In this document: piece after piece, positions 50,081-58,070 of the stretch
Layout of the letters: every line of letters starts with the position of its first letter
Numbering within the stretch: the first letter of the stretch is position 1
NCBI GenBank assembly: GCA_963803435.1
Contig: CAWDML010000001.1
Span: forward strand, 448,001-512,000
Source of the DNA: an uncultured delta proteobacterium
GTDB taxonomy: Bacteria; Myxococcota; Kuafuiibacteriia; Kuafuiibacteriales; Kuafuiibacteriaceae
DNA length: 64,000 bases
Direction: 5' to 3'
Position numbers and translations under genes: made by a program
The notes under the pieces: model-generated
The model's input: the letters and a program-made list of their open reading frames with translations, nothing else
What the model was told of the DNA's origin: nothing
The model's database searches: none

Positions 50081-50359
50081 CTACTTGTGCTTGGCGCCGT
50101 CGGTGGCGCAGCCACCCTGGCCCTTGCAGTCGTTCTTTCCCTTGCAGGCGTGCTTGTCGGTCTTGCAACCGCCCTTGCCCTTGCACTCGTTCTTGCCCTT
50201 GCAGCCGTGCTTGTCGCTCTTCGGCGGATCAGCCATTCGCTTCGCCGTGGCCGACTTCACCTTCTGTCCTGCAGTATGATGCGTGTCTGCGTGGGCCACG
50301 CCCGCGACGCCGAGCATCATTCCAGAGACTGCGGCCGCCAAAAGTACTGATTTCGTCAT
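50081..50359 (-). CDS. Secreted Cys-rich peptide, BufA2/MNIO-precursor-like
   Basis: Signal peptide ending AHA, then two repeats of K.DKH.CKGKN.CKG.GGC. Confidence 0.85.
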   Translation of the reverse strand: MTKSVLLAAAVSGMMLGVAGVAHADTHHTAGQKVKSATAKRMADPPKSDKHGCKGKNECKGKGGCKTDKHACKGKNDCKGQGGCATDGAKHK

Positions 50360-50466
50360 TTTGAGTTCCTTTATCTTGTGTCCGCGAGACGGCGGGGACT
50401 GTTCTACGACTCTCGCTGGACCGCAAGACCTCGAACGCGCGCTGTGCTAGGACATGGAGGGATTCC

Positions 50467-50661
50467 ATGAGAATCGGCTGCCTGATCCTCGTTTTCGCCT
50501 GCACGGGATGTCCGGACCTGTCGTCCAAGCCGGTGTCCAGCGAATGCACGAAGCAGTACGAACAATGCAAGCTGCCTGAGGGTCCCCTCGGGGTCTGTGA
50601 CACGGCCCCCTGTCCGGAGGGGAAGCCGGGGCCCTGCTTCCGCTGTATGCCTCAGCACTGA
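50467..50661 (+). CDS. Small Cys-rich lipoprotein
   Basis: GGAGG RBS, lipobox-like CTGC, six further Cys, ends CMPQH. Confidence 0.7.
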   Translation: MRIGCLILVFACTGCPDLSSKPVSSECTKQYEQCKLPEGPLGVCDTAPCPEGKPGPCFRCMPQH

Positions 50662-52560
50662 CTACGGATCCGCGAGGATCACGATCGCGGCGTCGGGTCC
50701 GTTCGGGACCTGTGCGTCCCTCGGCGGGTTGATCCAGACGGGATTCCGCTCCTCGATCTCCCGCTCGCCGCGCACCTGCGGGAAGAAGCCGATCGCCACC
50801 TCTCCGCGCTCGCGCGCCGCCGCCAGAATGTCCGCAAAGCGCGCGTGCGGGTCGGCCGAGTACACCTCCCGCGGGATCAGGAACACCTCCACGCCCGTAG
50901 GGTCGAGCAGCTCGCGGTAGATCGGCGCCATGCGAGAGTCCATCGCCGCCTGTGCGAGCAGCATCGCGACGACGTCGTTGCTGACCAGGAAGTCGTCGGG
51001 TGAGTTCGCGATCTGCCGCGCGATGATCGGGTCCCGTACCTCGGTGATCAAACGCTTCACGAACCGGTTCGAGAGGCGCTGCGCGTGTCGGAGCTGAAGC
51101 ATCAGAGAGATCGCGCTCGCGTCCGCCTCGGGATCCTCGTCTTCCTCGCATCCCAGCACGACCACCGCGTCGGCCTCGTAGATGCTCGGATCGTCCCACG
51201 CAGCGCCGTCGTTCGCGATCCGTCGCTCGATCACTCGGACGTTCCTGGTCGTCTCGAGCGGCGCGAGGGGTCGCTCGCTCCCGGGCCGGCACAGCTCGAC
51301 GACGGAGCCCTCGGCCATCAGGCGATCCAGCTCCGTGATCAGGCGCGGCAGCGTGCGGTTCGCGCCGATGACGATGACCCGCTTCGGCTCGACACGCTCG
51401 AGCGGCCGCGAAGACACCGAAGGGAGGATGGGGATGAGGGGTCCGAGCGAGAACGCGTCGCGGTTCTCCTCGAGCACGAGCAGCTGATCGGTCGGGGCCA
51501 GCTCGAGGAACGTCCCCTCGGGCGGACAGATCCGATAGCTGCCGTCGGCGCGGAACACGCCGATGGCGATCCCATCCGTGATCCGGCCGTGCGCCTCGTT
51601 GAAGCTCTTGCCGACGAGCGCGTGTGGGAGCGGCTCGAGGTAGACCTCCGAGCCACGGAAGGAGAGGAGCTCGCGCAGCGCAAAGTACACGCCGGCCTCA
51701 CGCACCGACTGGGCGAGGACGCGGGCGAGGACGTCGTCGCTGGCGTACACGTCGATCGGGACCGCATGATCGCCGGCCAGCCCGGCCTCGCCGGTCAGCG
51801 TGATCAACGGCGCGTGAATCGCGCGCCGCGACTCGACCACCACCCGCCCCTCAAACCGCTTCCCGATCGCGCGGCGCACGGCCAGCAGCACCGAGACCAG
51901 GTAGCGAAGCGCATGCTCGTCGTCGAGGTGGCTCGGGGAGGTCAGAACGATCGTCTTGGCGCGCTCGGCGCACACCCGGAGCAGCGAGACCTCCGATTGG
52001 GGATCACCGGTCCGGCAGGTGAGCTTGAGGTGTGAGGTCTTCATCTCGTGGGCGAAGCGGAGCTGCGCGTCCATCCGCTCCTTCTCCTCCCTGGCCAGCA
52101 CGACGACCCCGAGCCGCGCGGTCGAGCGCGCCAGCTCGCGCACGATCAGGGACACCTTCGGATCGAAGCCGAGGATCAGGATGTGGTCGCGCGCGATGAT
52201 GGGACTGCTTCCGGAGCGCAGATCGTCGATGCGCTCGCCGAGCTTCGAAGCGAACGCGCCGGTGAGAAAGGAGACCAGCAGCACGCCCGTGACGGTGATG
52301 CCCACCGCGATGGTCCGCCGCGCGCCGCCCGCGTCGTCGGCCATCACACCGCCGTCGAGGAAGCGCGTCAGCGCGAACCACAGGCTGTCGCCGGTGGAGG
52401 AATCGCTCACCGCCGCGTAGGCCAGCCCGAACACCATCACCAGGAGCACGGTGAGCACCACGATCACCGGGATCTGGACGAACGGCGGCCAGGAGAGGAA
52501 CTGGTCGAGGCGCACGATGATCCGGGTTCGGATCGGCGGGCTGAGACGACGCTCGCGCAT
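50662..52560 (-). CDS. CASTOR/POLLUX-related cation channel with RCK domains
   Basis: TM-pore-TM (LWFALTRFLDGG), LRSG.S.I..RDHILILG, ELLSFRGSEVY, second RCK, W.NPP. Confidence 0.88.
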   Translation of the reverse strand: MRERRLSPPIRTRIIVRLDQFLSWPPFVQIPVIVVLTVLLVMVFGLAYAAVSDSSTGDSLWFALTRFLDGGVMADDAGGARRTIAVGITVTGVLLVSFLTGAFASKLGERIDDLRSGSSPIIARDHILILGFDPKVSLIVRELARSTARLGVVVLAREEKERMDAQLRFAHEMKTSHLKLTCRTGDPQSEVSLLRVCAERAKTIVLTSPSHLDDEHALRYLVSVLLAVRRAIGKRFEGRVVVESRRAIHAPLITLTGEAGLAGDHAVPIDVYASDDVLARVLAQSVREAGVYFALRELLSFRGSEVYLEPLPHALVGKSFNEAHGRITDGIAIGVFRADGSYRICPPEGTFLELAPTDQLLVLEENRDAFSLGPLIPILPSVSSRPLERVEPKRVIVIGANRTLPRLITELDRLMAEGSVVELCRPGSERPLAPLETTRNVRVIERRIANDGAAWDDPSIYEADAVVVLGCEEDEDPEADASAISLMLQLRHAQRLSNRFVKRLITEVRDPIIARQIANSPDDFLVSNDVVAMLLAQAAMDSRMAPIYRELLDPTGVEVFLIPREVYSADPHARFADILAAARERGEVAIGFFPQVRGEREIEERNPVWINPPRDAQVPNGPDAAIVILADP

Positions 52561-52579
52561 GGTGTTCGGATGATCGGAG

Positions 52580-52993
52580 TCAGCGGCTCTCGAGCTTGGA
52601 CAGGATCTGCTGGAGCGTCTGCAGGATCGCTTGCTGCGTCTGCTCGGCCTCGTTGCGCTCCTGCTCGCGAGCCATGCGCCCGCCGAACAGGGCCGCGTTC
52701 GCCATCGCCGGCCCGATCGTCATCACGGCCGAGCCGATCAGCTTGCCCGCTTCCGTCACCGCGAAGAGATCCGCATAACCGACGGAGGCGCAGGTCGAGA
52801 TGTAGACGAGCGCGTCCGTGTACGACTTCACCTTCGGGTTGTGACCGACCTCGGCGCGGTAGAAGAGCCCGGCGCCGGTCAGCACCAGGCCGATCAACTT
52901 CGTGAAGGGCTCGTCGGCGAAGGTCGTTTGCGCCCAGGACTCGATCTTTTCCTGAAGCTCGAGGGCCGAGTTGGTCATGGCGGCCTCACTCAT
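52580..52993 (-). CDS. Small 2-TM potassium-channel family protein
   Basis: NPKVKSYTDALVYISTCASVGYAD..T.AGKLIG. Confidence 0.82.
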   Translation of the reverse strand: MSEAAMTNSALELQEKIESWAQTTFADEPFTKLIGLVLTGAGLFYRAEVGHNPKVKSYTDALVYISTCASVGYADLFAVTEAGKLIGSAVMTIGPAMANAALFGGRMAREQERNEAEQTQQAILQTLQQILSKLESR

Positions 52994-53260
52994 AGCGCTG
53001 ATCTGTCTCGTGAGCACGCAGCGTCCCTGGTCCATCCCACACAGCCATACCGATGTCAGATCCGCAGGCGTCGAATCAAAACCCCTCAGTGACGCCCGAT
53101 GCTTCTCGTCGAGCCGTCAGATTTCGGCGGCATGCCGCATAGACCTTCATCGAGCGGGCGCGTCCCTTGGACCGACCCGGCGGCGCATGCGCGGGCCGAA
53201 AGGGCGCTCCAGGTCGCGATCCGGCGAATGCGGCGCGACCGACGGCTCCGAGGTTCGAGA

Positions 53261-53920
53261 ATGGCAGCCAAGGCGTTCGACTTTTCCGCGGCGAGCGACC
53301 CCGAGATCCAGGCGCTGGTCGCGCGCGCCCTCGCCGGCGACGTCGTCGCCATGCAGCAGATGATCGAAGGGATCGCACCGGTGGTGCAGGTCCGGGTGGC
53401 GCGGGCCCTGCTCCGCCGACTGAGCCAGGCCCGCGGGCGCGATCTCCGCCACGATCTCGAGGACCTGGTGCAGGAGGTGTTCGCGGCCCTCTTCGCGAAC
53501 GAAGGACGTGCGCTCCGGGCCTGGAACCCGGAGCGAGGGCTGGGCTTCCTGAGCTTCGTGGGCTTCCTCGCAGAGCGCGAGGTGGGCATGCTGATGCGGA
53601 CCCGGAAGCGGAACCCCTGGACCGAGGACCCCACGGTGGACGACACGCTCGCGACGCTCGGCGGCTGCTCCGAGAGCCCTGAGAACCAGATCCACTCGCG
53701 CGATCTCCTGCACCGGATCTGCGAGCGGATGATCGAGCGCCTCAGCCCGCGGGGCCGCCGGTACTTCCAACTGCTCTACGTCGACGACCAGCCGGTCAAG
53801 GTGGTGGCCGAGCAGACCGGCGCGTCGAGCGACGCGCTCTACGCCTGGCGAAGCCGGCTGGGCAAGCTGCTGCGCCAGCTCCACGCGGAGATCATTTCCG
53901 AGGGAGACGATCATGGATGA
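53261..53920 (+). CDS. ECF-type sigma-70 factor
   Basis: LVARALAGD, LEDLVQEVF.ALF, RLSPR.R..F.LLY, region-4-like HTH. Confidence 0.88.
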   Translation: MAAKAFDFSAASDPEIQALVARALAGDVVAMQQMIEGIAPVVQVRVARALLRRLSQARGRDLRHDLEDLVQEVFAALFANEGRALRAWNPERGLGFLSFVGFLAEREVGMLMRTRKRNPWTEDPTVDDTLATLGGCSESPENQIHSRDLLHRICERMIERLSPRGRRYFQLLYVDDQPVKVVAEQTGASSDALYAWRSRLGKLLRQLHAEIISEGDDHG

Positions 53921-54647
53921 CGATCAGCTCCCCCAAGCCCTGGGTGAGATCATGAGAGAACAGGACCGCGCGCAAGACCCGAGACTCGACCGCCTGGCGC
54001 GCGGTGAGATCTCCGACACCGAGCGCGCCGAGCTCGAGGCCGCCGCCGCCTCTGATCCCGCGCTCGCCGCCGCGCTGGCGCTCTACGCGCCGCTGTCGCC
54101 GGAGGTCCGCGGCCGCCTCGTCGAGACCGCACGCCGTTCGGCCCGCCCGCCGGCGCGACTCTTCACGCTCCCGCGCCTCTCCGGGATGGCCGCGCTGGCG
54201 GCGGCCGCCGTGGTGGCAGCGCTCGCCCTCCTCCCCGGCGCTCCGCCCCTCCCCTCCTACGCGCTCCACGCCCGGGCAGGCGACGCCGAGTGGCGCGGCG
54301 CCGAAGCCCCCCGCAGTCACGCGGTCCGAGCGGACTCCGAGATCCAGCTGGTGCTCCAGCCGGATCATCCCGTCGAAAGCACGATCGAGGCCCGCTTGTT
54401 CGTGATCGCCGGCGGCACCTCGGCGCGCTCGCCCGCCTCTTTCGAGATCTCGAGGGACGGCGCGGTCCGCTGGCGCGGTCGAGCCGACGCGATCGCACCG
54501 GGACGGAGCGGTCCGGTGACGCTGGTGGCCGTCGTCGGCCGCGCCGGACACCTGCCGGACGAGGCGCCCTCCGCCACGCACACCGGCGAAGCCTGGCAGT
54601 CGATGAGCCTGAGGGTCGAGATCCGCCCGGCCATCGAGACGCCGTAG
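53913..54647 (+). CDS. Putative anti-sigma factor (single TM)
   Basis: Overlaps the sigma stop; helical N-terminus, TM AALAAAAVVAALALL, then LPSY.L and a beta-rich domain. Confidence 0.7.
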   Translation: MDDDQLPQALGEIMREQDRAQDPRLDRLARGEISDTERAELEAAAASDPALAAALALYAPLSPEVRGRLVETARRSARPPARLFTLPRLSGMAALAAAAVVAALALLPGAPPLPSYALHARAGDAEWRGAEAPRSHAVRADSEIQLVLQPDHPVESTIEARLFVIAGGTSARSPASFEISRDGAVRWRGRADAIAPGRSGPVTLVAVVGRAGHLPDEAPSATHTGEAWQSMSLRVEIRPAIETP

Positions 54648-54799
54648 TGAACCTGAGTCGCCTCGACCTTCACCTTGCAAACGACGCTCGGCACGAGAGC
54701 TTGCGCGATGCCCCGGTGGTCTGAAAATTCAACGCGGAGGCCAGCTCGAATAGGGGGCGAGGAGTCCCGGTGCTGGGGCGTCGGGTCGAGACGGAGCGA

Positions 54800-55930
54800 T
54801 CATGAGCGCGTCGGTCCGGCTTCGTACGGGCGGCCCACCTTCTCCAGACGTTTGAAGAACTTGTCGCGAATCTGTGCGTCTCCGTTGAACGTCGCGAGGA
54901 AGTGGCGCCGCCGCTCGTCGAGCTTCTGGCGGGCCTCGGTGTCGAGCGGCTCCAGGCCCAGGTCCTGGAGCTTGCCTGCCTCGAACATCATGCCGAAGCG
55001 CCGGACGAACCGGACCTGTTCGTCGCTCAAGCCGTAGCTGAGCGCGTCGCACAAGGCCTCCTCCCACGGCACGCCGTAGAAGGCGATTCGAATGGCGGCC
55101 ACCACGGCTCCGGTGCGACCTTTGCCGGCGTTGCAGTGGAGAAAGACCTTCCACGGGGCCAGGCCCTCCTGGGCCCGCTCGGCGTTCACCCGCCCGAGCT
55201 TGCGAAACTCCCGGAAGATCTCACCCATTTGGCCCATCGAGGGGGCGGTGCCATCCTTGATTCCGCGGCCGCCGCTGGGGCGCCAAACCTCCATCTGGTC
55301 CGAGACGTCCGCAACCTCCTTGTTGAAGAGCTTCGCGATCTTCCCATCCCGGTTCAGCTCCGGTTTGGACCCGCCCTCCTCCCTCGGACGCAGCGAAATG
55401 ATGAGCTTGATGTTGTAGTCGTTGCGAAGCTTCCACATATCCGCAAGGTCGAGGACGTTGCTCCCACGAACCACGATGCTGCCCGGGTCGGGCACCTCGT
55501 CCCGATAGTATTTTCCGATGTAGCCGTGGGCCGTGGGACCCCATACGGCGCTGGAGCCGGAGATCACCAGCGGCGTGCGCTTCTGCGCGGCGATGTCGAT
55601 GCCATCCTCTTTCAGCTCGCCCAGGCTGAGCGAACCGGTGAAGCGCTGGATGTTGTGGTCGTTCGGGCCGTCGACGGGCTCTAGCGCGACGTCGACAGCG
55701 GCCCCACCGCGCTCGTTCTCGACGCGCATGAACGCGCGAGCGCCAGAGGAACCGTCCGCGCCGTGAAGATACACGTCGTATTCGAATGCCTCCGCGCCCA
55801 GCGTCGTGACCTGCCCGACCCTCTCGGGATCCTGCCGCTGCGCCAGGCCTGAGAGGTCCACTCGATGCGCACCGGCGGGGAGCCGGTCGAAGTCGGCCGA
55901 TGAGTGGGAGGAGTGGATTTCTCTGGTCAT
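54800..55930 (-). CDS. Protein-tyrosine/dual-specificity phosphatase with N-terminal extension
   Basis: IKLIISLR, IKDGTAP, LHCNAGKGRTG (CX5R). Confidence 0.88.
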   Translation of the reverse strand: MTREIHSSHSSADFDRLPAGAHRVDLSGLAQRQDPERVGQVTTLGAEAFEYDVYLHGADGSSGARAFMRVENERGGAAVDVALEPVDGPNDHNIQRFTGSLSLGELKEDGIDIAAQKRTPLVISGSSAVWGPTAHGYIGKYYRDEVPDPGSIVVRGSNVLDLADMWKLRNDYNIKLIISLRPREEGGSKPELNRDGKIAKLFNKEVADVSDQMEVWRPSGGRGIKDGTAPSMGQMGEIFREFRKLGRVNAERAQEGLAPWKVFLHCNAGKGRTGAVVAAIRIAFYGVPWEEALCDALSYGLSDEQVRFVRRFGMMFEAGKLQDLGLEPLDTEARQKLDERRRHFLATFNGDAQIRDKFFKRLEKVGRPYEAGPTRS

Positions 55931-56170
55931 CTAGAGACCGTTCTCGCGCTCGGGGGAGAACAGTTTCGTCAAAGCGAACGCTGTGGATCCCAGGTTTTCG
56001 GTTCCCTCCCACGAGAGAAATGGAAGGTACAATCCAGAGGTACCCGTCACCGCGTCTCCGATGACGGCCCCGACGTGTCGTCGCCCGGCTATGGCGCAAG
56101 GATCGATCGCGTCGGAGTGTGTCCTCCGAGTCTGGAGCAACCTCGCTCGTATCGTCGCGATAACGGCCTC

Positions 56171-57175
56171 ATGCAGGGCGGGTCCACGCAGCACGCCGGC
56201 CGGCGGCTCCCGTATCTCTTCGGTACGCTGCTCAGCCGAGATCGACCGGCGGGTGACACGCCGATCATCGCCAAGCTTCGGGCGATCTCGAAGGGCAAGG
56301 CCACGGAGAAGGACCTGACAAACTTCCTCGAGAGCTCCGGCGGGCTGGACTCCCTCGACTCCAACGTGGCGGTGACCGTCGTCCGTTACCTGATGCGGAG
56401 TCGAGTGTCCGACAACCGCGAGGGGCGGGAGCGGGCCCTCTACAAGATTCTCAAGCACTTTTCCAAGGAGGAGCTCGGAGACATCCTTCGTCAGATCGAC
56501 GGCACCGCGAACACTCGTCGGGTCGATCATCTCTATTCGGACGCCATCGAGGATCAGAGCCGTCTTCGCAAAGCGCAGCGGCTGATCGATATGGCTCGGA
56601 GTTACATGGCGCCTCGCGCCAACCTTCGACGCGTCGCGACGGACTGGGACGACACGGTCGAGCCGAAGAACGATGCTCGCCCCATCCGGGAAGGCGTCGC
56701 GGAGCTGTACCACGAGATCACGATGGGCAAGCCGGGAGACGTCCATATCATCACGGCCTGCGAGTTCGGCGCGGCCGCCAACCTGAAGGAGCGGATCGAC
56801 AGATCAGGCTTGGAGTATGGAAGCGTCCGGATGGGCGATTGGGATACCAGGCTCAAAGGCCGGGCCAAGAACGATGCGATTCGGTCGAGCAAGCTCCAAG
56901 GTCACGAGCTCATGTTCGAGCGCAATCCCGGCGGGAAGTGGGTCATCGTGTGCGACGACACCCAGGAAGACATGCGCATCGTGGAGATGTTGCTGGCCTC
57001 GGAGTACGCCGATCAGATCGATTTGGCGCTGATCCTGAGGGTCAACCCAAAACGGCCTCAGCTCCCGGATCACCCGAAGGTCCGGGGGTTCGGTGACTAC
57101 AAGGAAGGCGCTCGGATCGCACACGCCTTTGATGTCATCGACGACGCCGCCCTCGCGCGGCTCCTGGTGTGCTGA
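56171..57175 (+). CDS. HAD-type phosphatase, App1/phosphatidate phosphatase-like, with helical N-terminal extension
   Basis: VATDWDDTV (DxDxT), GVAELY, HIITA, a conserved K, VIVCDDTQED. Confidence 0.7.
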   Translation: MQGGSTQHAGRRLPYLFGTLLSRDRPAGDTPIIAKLRAISKGKATEKDLTNFLESSGGLDSLDSNVAVTVVRYLMRSRVSDNREGRERALYKILKHFSKEELGDILRQIDGTANTRRVDHLYSDAIEDQSRLRKAQRLIDMARSYMAPRANLRRVATDWDDTVEPKNDARPIREGVAELYHEITMGKPGDVHIITACEFGAAANLKERIDRSGLEYGSVRMGDWDTRLKGRAKNDAIRSSKLQGHELMFERNPGGKWVIVCDDTQEDMRIVEMLLASEYADQIDLALILRVNPKRPQLPDHPKVRGFGDYKEGARIAHAFDVIDDAALARLLVC

Positions 57176-57253
57176 CCCGAAGAGCGGATCCGGGTGCTGG
57201 AACCCACGCGAGCTGGATGTCACGTGGGCGCCGACGTCAGGTCCTCGGCTGAA

Positions 57254-58045
57254 TCACGGCGCGCACACGTATCCGAGCTGACCGTCCGGGTTCCAGCCGG
57301 CGCCCGGAGAGGCAACGGCGCTCCGGTGCTGAATCGGGCTCGCGTTCACCCAGCGGAACAGCGGCGTCATCCCGGGCTGGGCGCCGGCGGAGATGCCGAT
57401 GGTGCGGCCGGTGGACGAGAAGGCGCAGGGCGAGGCGCACGAGCACCAGTCGCAGGTGTCGCTCTCGTTCGGGACGAGGCTCTGCAGTCGATCGCCGATG
57501 CCGGGCGCGACCAGGAGGTAGGTGGTCAGATCGATCATCGGCGTCCGGTAGACCAGCGTGCCGCCAGCTGTGGTCGAGTAGTCCCAGCCGGCGTTGAAGG
57601 TCTCGTAGACCTCGACGCCGAGGCGAGTCTCGTCGCATTGTGCGGTGCCGTTACAGCTACGATCCGCGCAGGCGTCGCCGGTGCAGTCGATCGGCGATCC
57701 GATGCACGCGCCGGCACCGTCGCAGGCGTCGTCGAAGGTGCAGAGGTCGCCGTCGTCGCACGGCGCATCGGCTGGAGCGAAGACGCTGCAGCTTCCGTCG
57801 CACGCGACGATCCCCACACACACCACGGTGCTGGTGCAGGTCTGGCCCATCTCGGAGACACAGTTGGGTGCGGCGTCGTTCGGATCCGCCGCATCGATCG
57901 GACCCGAGGCATCCATCGGATCCGAGGCAGCGTCGATCGTGCCGGTGGCTGCGTCACCCGTGCGTGCGTCCGGCTCGGCGTCGAGCGTCTCCACTTGGTT
58001 GGGGCAGGCCGTGAGCAGGATCGACGCCAGCGCGAAATGCTTCAC
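57254..58045 (-). CDS. Cys-rich lipoprotein
   Basis: Lipobox LLTAC, DA-rich linker, CDDGDLCTFDDACDGAGAC repeat. Confidence 0.82.
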   Translation of the reverse strand: MKHFALASILLTACPNQVETLDAEPDARTGDAATGTIDAASDPMDASGPIDAADPNDAAPNCVSEMGQTCTSTVVCVGIVACDGSCSVFAPADAPCDDGDLCTFDDACDGAGACIGSPIDCTGDACADRSCNGTAQCDETRLGVEVYETFNAGWDYSTTAGGTLVYRTPMIDLTTYLLVAPGIGDRLQSLVPNESDTCDWCSCASPCAFSSTGRTIGISAGAQPGMTPLFRWVNASPIQHRSAVASPGAGWNPDGQLGYVCAP

Positions 58046-58070
58046 GGTGAAAAGGGTACCAGGAGAACGG

